A stretch of 58,318 nt of DNA, taken from contig JABMQJ010000019.1 of the NCBI GenBank assembly GCA_013203315.1, positions 1 through 58,318 of the forward strand. The letters are read 5' to 3'. The notes beneath the pieces were generated by a model, which made no database searches, was not told the origin of the DNA, and worked only from the letters and a program-made list of their open reading frames with translations. Positions 28,674 through 37,031 of this stretch are shown in pieces (within the stretch, counting starts at the first letter, position 1; every line of letters begins with the position of its first letter). The translations under genes were made by a program, and so were the position numbers. This DNA is from Candidatus Omnitrophota bacterium. GTDB lineage: Bacteria > Omnitrophota > Gorgyraeia > JABMRN01 > RBG-13-46-9.

Positions 28674-28776
28674 CGGTTGCGGTGGCGTCAGGCGAATCGT
28701 CGGGCGTTTTTCGGTGGCGTCCTTCGCATAACGCAGCCGCAATCGCCTTACGTTTCGCCCGACGCCACCGCAACCG
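28674..28776. repeat. GC-rich 33-bp imperfect inverted repeat element
   Basis: Arms 28674-28706/28744-28776 with 4 mismatches; extra CGGTGGCGTC copy at 28712-28721. Confidence 0.75.
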
Positions 28777-28794
28777 CCAGACGGAAAAAGAAAG

Positions 28795-29892
28795 TTATTC
28801 TTTATTTTCGGCGAGTTTGATGCGCTCTGAGATGGGAGGGTGGTCGTAGAACATGAACTTTACGAATTTCGACGGGTTTGGGTCGGCAAGGTTTTTGGAC
28901 GCCAGTTTTTTCATGAGCGATATAAAGGCAATCGGGTTTTGGGTTACCTCAAGCGCAAAGAGGTCCGCTTTTCGTTCGAGTTTACGCGAGAACGCGTTTT
29001 GGAGCGGTCCCAGCAGGAACCCTGTTAAAAAAAGTACTAGCATAAATGCAGGAAACATTTTTATATCATGGATGTTTTTAGCGCCCAGGAGAATTACGAG
29101 CTTCGAGGAAACAAGATATAAGACATAAAAGGAAAAAAATATCGAAATGATCCCGAATGTAATCAATTTCCACATGTGCCGTAATTTATGATGCCCGAAT
29201 TCATGGGCAAGCACCCCGACGATTTCATCGGTGGTAAACTCCTCGACTAAGGTGTCGGCAAGTATCACCCGCCTCGTTCTTCCGAGCCCTACGACAGCCG
29301 CATTTAGCTTTTTGGTTTTTTTACTCAGGTCTATTTTGTAAACATCGAGAAGCCTTACCCCGCACGCCTTTGAAAGTTCTATAATTCTATTCTTTAGCTT
29401 CGCCTCGACGGGGGAATACTTAAAGAATAAGGGTATGATAAGAACGGGGGTGACCTTAGCTAAGATTACCGTTATCCCGAACCAGGAAATAGCCATCCAT
29501 GCCCACCATGTTGTAGCGAAATTTTGCAAAAATAGATAAAGAACATGCACGAAGAGTAAAAACATCGCAAAAGACAGAAGCCCGCTTTTTATGCCGTCCT
29601 TTAACCAGGCGAAAAAATGCTGGTTAGATAGGTTGAATTTATGTTCCAGGATAAAGGAGGAATAAAAATACAGAGGAAAGCTTAGTATATAGTGGGTAAT
29701 GCTGAATGCGATTAGATATATCGTAAAAGCGTAATAGAAATTGGGCGTAACGGAATACGTAAAAGTTTTTAGGGGATTTGATATGATAATTTGAAAAAGC
29801 GCAAGATATACGACCACAAAGATTATATCGATTAATCTTAATCGTATCTTTGCGCTCTGGTATCTCTTGGCCTCAATAGATTTTTGAGGCAT
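28795..29892 (-). CDS. M48 (Ste24/HtpX-like) membrane metallopeptidase
   Basis: Multiple TMs, NAAVVG, LAHEFGH, ERKAD, YDHPPISERI. Confidence 0.92.
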   Translation of the reverse strand: MPQKSIEAKRYQSAKIRLRLIDIIFVVVYLALFQIIISNPLKTFTYSVTPNFYYAFTIYLIAFSITHYILSFPLYFYSSFILEHKFNLSNQHFFAWLKDGIKSGLLSFAMFLLFVHVLYLFLQNFATTWWAWMAISWFGITVILAKVTPVLIIPLFFKYSPVEAKLKNRIIELSKACGVRLLDVYKIDLSKKTKKLNAAVVGLGRTRRVILADTLVEEFTTDEIVGVLAHEFGHHKLRHMWKLITFGIISIFFSFYVLYLVSSKLVILLGAKNIHDIKMFPAFMLVLFLTGFLLGPLQNAFSRKLERKADLFALEVTQNPIAFISLMKKLASKNLADPNPSKFVKFMFYDHPPISERIKLAENKE

Positions 29893-29897
29893 GAATC

Positions 29898-30914
29898 CTA
29901 CTTCTTTACAAAACGCGAGGCTACGTTTCTTACTCGCGAGATTTCGTCGTTTAAAACAGTCCGTAGTGCCTCTTTTGCATCATCTGTGCCTATTTTTGCT
30001 AAAGAATCGGCTGCAGCAATTCTTACATTTGTGTTTTCATCCTGCAATAATTTTTTAAGAACGGGTACCGCTTCATTGTAGCCTAAATCACCCAGTGCAA
30101 TGGCGCTATAAAGCCGAACTTCTTTAACCTTTGAGGTTGCGCTCTCCGATATAATGTCGAGGGATTCCCTGCATTTTATCCTACCCAACGAATGGATTGC
30201 CTGTATTGACTCACTTACATACGGGCCATTAGCAATTTTAGCAAGCGCGGGAACGCAAGCCTTATCGGCAATGGATCCGAGCGAACGCGCCACCTGTATC
30301 CTGACGCTCCAATCCGGATCATCTGTCATCTTTGAGAGCGCCCCAATGGCTCCTTTATACTTTATCTTGCCCAGGGCCTTTATCGCATACATCCGCATAC
30401 TTGGGTCCTTGTCATCAAGAATTTCCATGAGCGCCCCGGCTGCGGCAGCATCACTTGTTTGTTCCAGTGACCTTACGGCATTAAACCGCACGGTACTGTC
30501 TTCGTCTTTTAGGCTTTGCTTTAAGGCTCCTGTAGCTTTTTTGTCTTTTATTCTACCCAGGGCCTTGGATGCTGCCCTTCGGACTTTTACATTTTCGCTT
30601 TTTAGCATTTCTATCAATACATCCGTCGCCTCATCGTCTTCTATTTGCCCCAGGATATTGATTATACGTATTTTTGCGCTGCCTGAGGTATCCGGTAAAT
30701 ATAAGGCGTTTGCCAGATAAGGCACGGCAACCTTACCCTCTCGTACAAGCTGAACGCGGGCTTTGTGGGCGTACTGCCTGTCATTAAGCAGGCGGATGCA
30801 TTTTTTTATTTTTCCGTCCTTTATATACGAGACCGTGAAGTCTTGGGCGGAAACAATTTCAAAGAGATGAGCGCATAGAAACAACGCCAAAACCAGAACA
30901 ATTGCTTTTTTCAT
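29898..30914 (-). CDS. Secreted HEAT/PBS-lyase repeat protein
   Basis: Signal peptide and ~8 repeats of type L.D....VR..A..ALG.I. Confidence 0.88.
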   Translation of the reverse strand: MKKAIVLVLALFLCAHLFEIVSAQDFTVSYIKDGKIKKCIRLLNDRQYAHKARVQLVREGKVAVPYLANALYLPDTSGSAKIRIINILGQIEDDEATDVLIEMLKSENVKVRRAASKALGRIKDKKATGALKQSLKDEDSTVRFNAVRSLEQTSDAAAAGALMEILDDKDPSMRMYAIKALGKIKYKGAIGALSKMTDDPDWSVRIQVARSLGSIADKACVPALAKIANGPYVSESIQAIHSLGRIKCRESLDIISESATSKVKEVRLYSAIALGDLGYNEAVPVLKKLLQDENTNVRIAAADSLAKIGTDDAKEALRTVLNDEISRVRNVASRFVKK

Positions 30915-30949
30915 GATACGTCCCTTTTTTTTCTGTAAGGCGTCCTGCC

Positions 30950-31300
30950 TTATTTATTTTTTTCTTTCCTGACCGAGGAAAGATCTTTTTTTCTACCTCG
31001 TGCGTCAGATTCTATTTTGCGTACTTTCTTCAAATAAGGATCGAGTTCCAAAATCTCTAATTTCTTTCTCGCGTTTAAAGAAACTACTTTTTTACCGATG
31101 TCGTAATAAAGTTTTTCCTTCTGCATGTTTAAGCCGACTATGTCAAGTTGGATTTTTCCTTTTTTTGAAGCCTTGACAATTTCCTTTTCGCTTTTTTTGG
31201 CCAAAATGCTTAGTTCTTTTCCGAAATTCTTGAACCTCACCTTAGCCTGATCCAGAAGTTTACTAAGGTCTTTCTGGGCTTTTTCTTTCTTTGCTGCCAT
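30950..31300 (-). CDS. Hypothetical basic helical protein
   Basis: 116-aa ORF with strong SD AAGGAGGGAGGA, co-oriented. Confidence 0.75.
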   Translation of the reverse strand: MAAKKEKAQKDLSKLLDQAKVRFKNFGKELSILAKKSEKEIVKASKKGKIQLDIVGLNMQKEKLYYDIGKKVVSLNARKKLEILELDPYLKKVRKIESDARGRKKDLSSVRKEKNK

Positions 31301-31340
31301 GACGTCCTCCCTCCTTACTTATCTAATTAATATTGACTTC

Positions 31341-32126
31341 TTACTCTGCTTCCCATCGATACTTTTTGCTTATGCCGCGCTTTGAATTCTTGATAAATTC
31401 TATGAGATATTTTACTTCGGCGCCGTAACTTTGTTTAGACATCTCCTCTAGCGCCTGCGTTGTATTCAATCCGGACTTATAGAGCACTTTAAAGACTGCC
31501 CTTATCTCGCTTATGGCTGTGCGGCCGAAACCCGCTCTTTTTAAACCTACAATATTTATCCCGAATATGTACGATGGCCCCCGAGCAACCATATAAGGCG
31601 GAATGTCTTTATGCACTGCGGCGAATCCACTGATCATGGCGAGTTTTCCGATACTGCAGAACTGATGCACCGGGACGTTACCTGATATGAAAACCTGGTC
31701 TTCCACGTTAACATAACCGCCAAGCAGCGCTCCGTTAGCTAGAACTGTTCGATTTCCTACGACGCAGTTGTGTCCCACGTGGGAAGCTGCCATTAAAAAG
31801 TTTTCGTCGCCGATTTCGGTAGTCGTGGATTCTTTCGTTCCCCTGTGGATTGTTACATATTCTCTTATTATATTTTTTTTGCCGATTTTTAGAAAGCTCT
31901 TTTGTTCTTTGAAGGCCAAGTCCTGCGGAAGGTGCCCCAAAACAGCGCCCATGTGGACTTGGGTCCCTTCACCGATTTCGGTGCCGCTGCAGATGTAGGC
32001 GCGGGCATAAATCTTTACATTTTTAGCTATTTTTACGTCGTCTTCGATTATGGCAAAGGGGCCGATTTCTACGCTGGGATCTATTTTGGCGTGTTTACTT
32101 ACAATCGCTTTAGGATGTGCTTTCAT
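31341..32126 (-). CDS. lpxA: Acyl-ACP--UDP-N-acetylglucosamine O-acyltransferase
   Basis: Hexapeptide repeats, PQDL, IREYVTIHRGT, HVGHNC, HQF, KDIPPY, NIVGLKRAG. Confidence 0.9.
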   Translation of the reverse strand: MKAHPKAIVSKHAKIDPSVEIGPFAIIEDDVKIAKNVKIYARAYICSGTEIGEGTQVHMGAVLGHLPQDLAFKEQKSFLKIGKKNIIREYVTIHRGTKESTTTEIGDENFLMAASHVGHNCVVGNRTVLANGALLGGYVNVEDQVFISGNVPVHQFCSIGKLAMISGFAAVHKDIPPYMVARGPSYIFGINIVGLKRAGFGRTAISEIRAVFKVLYKSGLNTTQALEEMSKQSYGAEVKYLIEFIKNSKRGISKKYRWEAE

Positions 32127-32132
32127 CTTGGA

Positions 32133-32546
32133 TTATTTTTTCTCTAATTTGTTGATGATTTTATTTATAACTTCGGCAATAGGACGCAGGTCATCGTCTT
32201 TTCGAAGCTTCAGGCGTATTGAATAATCTCCTTTGGAAATCTTTGTCAAATCGTCTTCCAGGCGTTTAAGCGGGCCTATCAGCCGATGCGTCAAAATGAT
32301 CCCTAGTATAAAAAGAAGAAAGATTACAACAGGCATGCCTAAAATAATCAGGAAATTAATTTTGTTTAAAACTGGAATTAAATTCTGCGCTATTGATTCA
32401 GGAATTGCAAGTTGTTCAGCCATAACCTGGAATATAAAGTAGTAGAGGCAACCCCCTACCAGGAAAAGGGGTATCATAATCGACAATAAAATCAATACAA
32501 GAAATTTAAACTGTAAGGGATTCTTCGTGAGGTATTTTATTCTCAT
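32133..32546 (-). CDS. Stand-alone 2TM-HAMP domain protein
   Basis: Two TMs then THRLIGPLKRL...GDYSIRLKLRKDDDL...IN; no output domain. Confidence 0.8.
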   Translation of the reverse strand: MRIKYLTKNPLQFKFLVLILLSIMIPLFLVGGCLYYFIFQVMAEQLAIPESIAQNLIPVLNKINFLIILGMPVVIFLLFILGIILTHRLIGPLKRLEDDLTKISKGDYSIRLKLRKDDDLRPIAEVINKIINKLEKK

Positions 32547-33265
32547 TCGTAACCTATTTTTATTTCGTCATAAACGGCGTCTGCGCTCGTCTCGGTGGAA
32601 TCTGCGTCAGTCATGAACGCTATCGCGCCGATTTTTAATCTCGGCTTTTCGCCAAATAATTTCACGAAATCTTCGTATATATCTCTTTTTTCGAATTGCC
32701 AGTCGTCCGAGGTTCCTTTTTCAAGCACCAAAACTTTGATGTTTTTTGAATACCCGCTTTGGCCGGAAGTTCCTTTTTCGAGCGTTTCCGACCATATGTA
32801 TTCTATGGCCTTTGATTTTGTAAAAAAGGCGGCCGGCATCATTACGTAAACGCGCGCGGCGAAATCTTCCTCTTTTTTGCTCTCTATGCTTTCAGGGAGT
32901 TTCCTCTCGGGGAACTTGTCCACGCGCCACTTCCATCTTATCACGGGACGTTTGTTTATGTCCAGTTTTACCTTGCAATAAAGCGCGGAGGCGGTTTTTT
33001 GGCTTACTGCCCTTACGTAGGAGAGCTGATCGCCTTTTTCTATTGTATAGACGACCCTCCCTTTTAGCACCTTCTCTTCCCATTCCCGTAAAGAGTTTGC
33101 TGCCGAAAACGGAAAGTATTTTATAACGTCCTTTATGTCAAATCTGCCTTTTCTAAAAAGGTCTACTGTAATGTATCGATTCTTTATTACCGCAAACGGT
33201 GCAATGACAAGAATGACAAAAAACAAAATCCATAAGATGAGTTTTACGAAGAATATTTTTTTCAT
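32543..33265 (-). CDS. DUF3047 domain protein
   Basis: P.IRWKWRVDKFP, DFAARVYV, IEYIW, RDIYEDF..LFG, AIAFMTDAD. Confidence 0.8.
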   Translation of the reverse strand: MKKIFFVKLILWILFFVILVIAPFAVIKNRYITVDLFRKGRFDIKDVIKYFPFSAANSLREWEEKVLKGRVVYTIEKGDQLSYVRAVSQKTASALYCKVKLDINKRPVIRWKWRVDKFPERKLPESIESKKEEDFAARVYVMMPAAFFTKSKAIEYIWSETLEKGTSGQSGYSKNIKVLVLEKGTSDDWQFEKRDIYEDFVKLFGEKPRLKIGAIAFMTDADSTETSADAVYDEIKIGYE

Positions 33266-33312
33266 CGTAGCTTATTTTTGTCTCTACTAATAACCCGGTG
33301 AAAAATACCGGT

Positions 33313-33495
33313 CTAGTTTTTCTGGAATTTATCTACAACCAGAACCAGTAAAAGGCATGCGTTTGCCGCCATGAAGCACCCGATGGATGTATTGAAAAAC
33401 GGCGCCAGTATAGCGAGGCCCATTAATTTCGATACCATTCCCGCTACCAGTAACGTAGAACCTAAAATCATCAAACTTCCTGTAGCTAAATTCAT
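33313..33495 (-). CDS. Small two-TM hypothetical protein
   Basis: 60 aa hydrophobic ORF with SD AAAGGAG. Confidence 0.7.
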   Translation of the reverse strand: MNLATGSLMILGSTLLVAGMVSKLMGLAILAPFFNTSIGCFMAANACLLLVLVVDKFQKN

Positions 33496-33571
33496 TTTAA
33501 GCTCCTTTGATTTTTTGTTAAAAAAATCATCCCGAGAACGCGCCCTATGGAAGCGTTCGAGGGGTCATAAT

Positions 33572-33626
33572 AAAAAAACCCGGCAATTCGACGCTGATTT
33601 TGAATCAGCGCCGAATTGTGCCGGGT
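33572..33626 (-). terminator. Intrinsic terminator after porin gene
   Basis: Long stem ACCCGGCA...TGCCGGGT ending in a T7 tract on the minus strand. Confidence 0.8.
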
Positions 33627-33643
33627 AAAGAAACATACGTCCT

Positions 33644-35158
33644 TTAGAAGCTTAGCTTCATAGTGCCAACGAGATCCGTAGCAACCGAATCTCCTTCGTC
33701 ATTGTAGAAGCTGCCAGGGAAGAACCATGCCGCTAACACACCGAACGACACGTCTTCCGTGTAGTCCCAGGTGAGTCCGAGGTCAAGCTCTGTTCCCATG
33801 AAACGCTTGCGCTTGCTGTTGCTTGTATCTGCTGGTGCACCGCCACTTAGAATGCTGGCGGGGTATGCTGTGGCATGCTGCTGCCAGAAGAATGCGAGCC
33901 TTCCGTCTACTGTAATGCTATCACTTGGCTCTACGGCACCATAAATTATCGCTTGGTGTTGGTTGGTATAGGATGCATCTCCGAAGGTGTTTACATATGC
34001 GGTCCTTCCACCTATCCAGCCAAGACGAGTAAAGTTGTACTTACCGACGAATTCGCGGTAAGCGGTGTCAAATTTTCCTCTGTACATAGGGTCCCAACCG
34101 TTGAAGGTACTATCCGTTGCTACTGTCGGGTACTCTTCATCGTCACCGGAATAGAATATATATTCTGTTCCTATGACTGGTTTCCATGCAAAATCATCTA
34201 CGAACTCTCTGCATTCAGCGCTAACGTCTACCGCCCATCCGAACCTTGATCTTTCGGACTGCTGGTTTCTGAATCCAACAAAATCGCCAAACTGCATGGC
34301 AAGTTCTCCGGATGCTGTCCATTTATCGATCGGATCAGCGCTTCCTCGTAGTCCAATCGTGTGCACAGTATTGTGCTGCTTTATGATGGTAGGTTGGATC
34401 TGGTTATCATTTTTGTAGAACCAATATCCTTCCATTTCCGCGTTGTAAGAATCAAAGAGATACCCGACGTTTACACCAAAGAGGTCTTCGTCATCCTTGG
34501 ATCCGATTTCGTTTTCCCATATCTTTGCTGCAACTGCGTCGATTGTCCAAGGATCGTAGTCGAAGGTAGCCCTTATCGCGTCGAATGATGTCTGGACTGT
34601 GTATTCGTCTGCATTGATGTTGGCATAGTAATCTTTTAGATTCGCGCCAACGACAAAGCCCTTACCGAACCACATGTCCTGTCGACCGATTTTTAATGTC
34701 AATGGTGAATACAGGAACTCTTTGAGTTCTACATATGCGAGGTCCAAGCCAAGGTCGAATTCGTCCGGATCAGAGGTGTATGATACACCTTCACCGCGAA
34801 CGAGCGTAACGTCTGTTGTGTTAATGCTTTTTACGGACGTATCCCAGCTTCTCTGGTTAAAGAGTCTCAGAACGGCCGAGACATTGTCTGTAAGATCCGC
34901 GTCGATCTGGACTTCGGCTGCCGACTGGAACCATGTCTGCCAGTCGCTTGTGCCAGGCTGTGGATTACCGGCTCCTATAGCGGAAGCGGTGCCCGGTACG
35001 GCTGGTTCTGCGTGATTTTGGTCAAGATCAAAATCATCGCGCGCTAATGCGCGGATTGTTAGATCTCCCGAAATCTTCACGCTCTGCGTTCCGGCATATA
35101 CGCTTGTCGCAAGACAAAGCGTTATCCCTAAAACACATATCGTTCGAAATAGTTTCAT
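33644..35158 (-). CDS. Outer-membrane beta-barrel, alginate-export-like family
   Basis: Start at 35158 after SD AGGAGG; signal peptide, LAYVEL..LTLKIGRQ, amphipathic strands, terminal Phe; TTC/TAC/GAC-biased codons suggest high expression. Confidence 0.8.
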   Translation of the reverse strand: MKLFRTICVLGITLCLATSVYAGTQSVKISGDLTIRALARDDFDLDQNHAEPAVPGTASAIGAGNPQPGTSDWQTWFQSAAEVQIDADLTDNVSAVLRLFNQRSWDTSVKSINTTDVTLVRGEGVSYTSDPDEFDLGLDLAYVELKEFLYSPLTLKIGRQDMWFGKGFVVGANLKDYYANINADEYTVQTSFDAIRATFDYDPWTIDAVAAKIWENEIGSKDDEDLFGVNVGYLFDSYNAEMEGYWFYKNDNQIQPTIIKQHNTVHTIGLRGSADPIDKWTASGELAMQFGDFVGFRNQQSERSRFGWAVDVSAECREFVDDFAWKPVIGTEYIFYSGDDEEYPTVATDSTFNGWDPMYRGKFDTAYREFVGKYNFTRLGWIGGRTAYVNTFGDASYTNQHQAIIYGAVEPSDSITVDGRLAFFWQQHATAYPASILSGGAPADTSNSKRKRFMGTELDLGLTWDYTEDVSFGVLAAWFFPGSFYNDEGDSVATDLVGTMKLSF

Positions 35159-35377
35159 TTTTCCTCCTGATTTAGTCATTATTTGTTTTAGCTTATATCT
35201 ACTTAATCTGAGCTTTGTTAAGGCTCTTTCGTTATCGCTTTATATCTATAGGACCCCAGGCAATTATTTCGGCTGATCAATTTTATTTTTAATCTATTTC
35301 CTCCCCCCTTTCTTGCCGGTTTTCCATACTGCCTGCGCCTTTATAGAGCTAGCTTTTAGAAGGCTAACTTTTCAGTA

Positions 35378-35405
35378 AGTATACCACAAAAGCTAGTTTT
35401 GTCAA
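35378..35405 (-). promoter_or_regulatory. Sigma70-type promoter of porin gene
   Basis: TTGACA-16nt-TATACT with TG extended -10. Confidence 0.7.
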
Positions 35406-35452
35406 GATTGCGCGCCTGTTTATTATTTTGACCACAACATGAGTATATATAC

Positions 35453-36088
35453 TTATATTAGCCTGCGTGGGTTTTCGGCTATTTTCCTAACATCTTTTTT
35501 CTTAACGCCTAAAGAGGTTAGGAATTTATCGCGCTTTCGGCTGCTGATTAGGTCTCCGGGCGCGTGGGTGTCCGTATTTACTAAGATAGGTGCGTTATGC
35601 TTTAGCGCTAGCCTGATAAGTCTTCTGTTTGTCTTAAGGTGGCTTTTTCTCGTGGTAATCTCCAGAAATACACCTTTAGATTTGGCCAGCCTTACGTCCC
35701 TTTCTTTTATCTTTCCTGGATGAGCCAATATGCTAACGCCCGCTTCGATGAAGGCCCTGTTCGTGCCGGGTATCACAGGTTCTGAAACAGTCTCTCCGTG
35801 GCCGACTACGATTTTAGCGCCTTTTCTTCGCGCGAATCTAACAAGGTCTTTTATGCACTCCGGCGGCACGTGCGTAATCTCGACGCCCGGGATAGATTTT
35901 ATTTTCCAGTATTTGTTTAACATTTTACACGTCTTGACGATTCGCGGTATGATAAAATCGATGTTGGAAAAATCGGCGTGATCCGTTATGGCGATTGCTT
36001 TGTAGCCTTTGACTTCCGCGCGCCTCACAAGCTCACTCGGCAAAAGACATCCGTCACTCAAAAGCGAATGCGTGTGCAGGTCTATCAT
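35453..36088 (-). CDS. PHP-domain protein (histidinol-phosphatase-like)
   Basis: DLHTHSLLSDG, ITDHAD, GVEITH, LAHPG, NTDTH. Confidence 0.88.
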   Translation of the reverse strand: MIDLHTHSLLSDGCLLPSELVRRAEVKGYKAIAITDHADFSNIDFIIPRIVKTCKMLNKYWKIKSIPGVEITHVPPECIKDLVRFARRKGAKIVVGHGETVSEPVIPGTNRAFIEAGVSILAHPGKIKERDVRLAKSKGVFLEITTRKSHLKTNRRLIRLALKHNAPILVNTDTHAPGDLISSRKRDKFLTSLGVKKKDVRKIAENPRRLI

Positions 36089-36149
36089 AATTCCACCCCT
36101 AGTTTCTAACGAGTTGACTCTAACCTTCCTATAATGGGAAAAGGATCTT

Positions 36150-36359
36150 AAGGAAAAACCGTAGGTTTCTCCTTCAATACAAGATTACTTTATTTTACTA
36201 ACCTCCTATTAGGAGGGGATACAGGCCGCCACAGGCGGCCGTCATAAGGGGAACCTTAGGTCCCCCTTTGAATAAATTCGGTCGCAAGACCTTTTGCCGA
36301 AGGCAAAAGGCCGAGGACAAAAAAGCAAATACCGCACTTTTTTGTCCGAGGCCGAATTT
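36150..36359. repeat. Cluster of REP-like triloop hairpins
   Basis: Stems with 3-nt loops at 36150-74, 36202-16, 36224-40, 36246-68, 36290-310; branched structure closed by 36274-83/36350-59. Confidence 0.7.
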
Positions 36360-36368
36360 GTATTAGAG

Positions 36369-36442
36369 CGTCCCTGGTCCGATTCGAACGGACGACACCA
36401 GGTTTAGGAAACCTGTGCTCTATCCAGCTGAGCTACAGGGAC
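36369..36442 (-). tRNA. tRNA-Arg(CCT), CCA not encoded
   Basis: GTCCCTG acceptor, CAGGT-TTCCTAA-ACCTG anticodon arm, GTCCG-TTCGAAT-CGGAC T arm. Confidence 0.97.
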
Positions 36443-36459
36443 ACAAGTTTTTCGTGACA

Positions 36460-36487
36460 ATTATATCATACGGGAAAGGAATTGCAA
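36460..36487 (-). promoter_or_regulatory. Promoter of tRNA-Arg
   Basis: TTGCAA-16nt-TATAAT with TG extended -10. Confidence 0.65.
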
Positions 36488-36527
36488 GAGGTTTAACCCG
36501 GCAAAACTAACCGGGCTAGAATAGAAT

Positions 36528-36752
36528 TTAATTAGGATCTGAAGAAAGAGGGTTAGTGCTGTCTACTGTATTACCGCCGCCGATTTGACTGCCTCCCGAG
36601 CCGCCGGCTTAACCCCACCAGTTATATTGGGCGGGGAGGTCATCTATAGTTGAGTCGTTCCTTATATCAAAATCGCCGCCTCCTCCTGTATTGTCAGTAT
36701 GTATTGAGTTACGGCCTACTGCGTTTAATAGGCCCTGCACCTAAATCTACGT
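36528..36752 (-). pseudogene. C-terminal remnant of a parallel beta-helix (DUF1565-like) protein
   Basis: Manual translation NVDLGAG/(frameshift)LLNAVGRNSIHTDN...DIRNDSTIDDLPAQYNWWG*AGG...VDSTNPLSSDPN*. Confidence 0.6.
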
Positions 36753-36965
36753 TGACAAAGGTGCTAACATACCAAATGTAAGTATTCTTAATATACAAGC
36801 GAAGGTTCTATATGATTCCGCATCTGTAGACATTATATACTGATTAACGGTTGCAAAATATTGAATGACATAAGCACTAATAGGCGTTTTGAAAATAACA
36901 AAAACACATAAGCCAACTAAAAGAATTATTGGCAATGCGAAGATACAAAAGAAAATATTATACCT
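36747..36965 (-). pseudogene. Membrane protein gene fragment
   Basis: Hydrophobic frame RYNIFFCIFALPIILLVGLCVFVIF... running up to the repeat at 36967 with no convincing start or SD. Confidence 0.35.
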
Positions 36966-36966
36966 T

Positions 36967-37030
36967 GTAAGTCTTTCAGAATAACGTAATTAGGTGAGGT
37001 TGTTAAAGCTACAAACAATGGCTTTTTGGG
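36967..37030. repeat. Islet end motif, copy A
   Basis: GTAAGTCTTT..GAATAACGTAA.TAGGT....TTGTT.AAG.TAC....TGGCTT..TGGG, shared with 38899-38963. Confidence 0.8.
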
Positions 37031-37031
37031 C

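Noticed and set aside
28674-28776. SRP (4.5S) RNA candidate
   Set aside because: The length fits, but the conserved CAGG..GNRA..AGCAG domain IV motif is not found on either strand.
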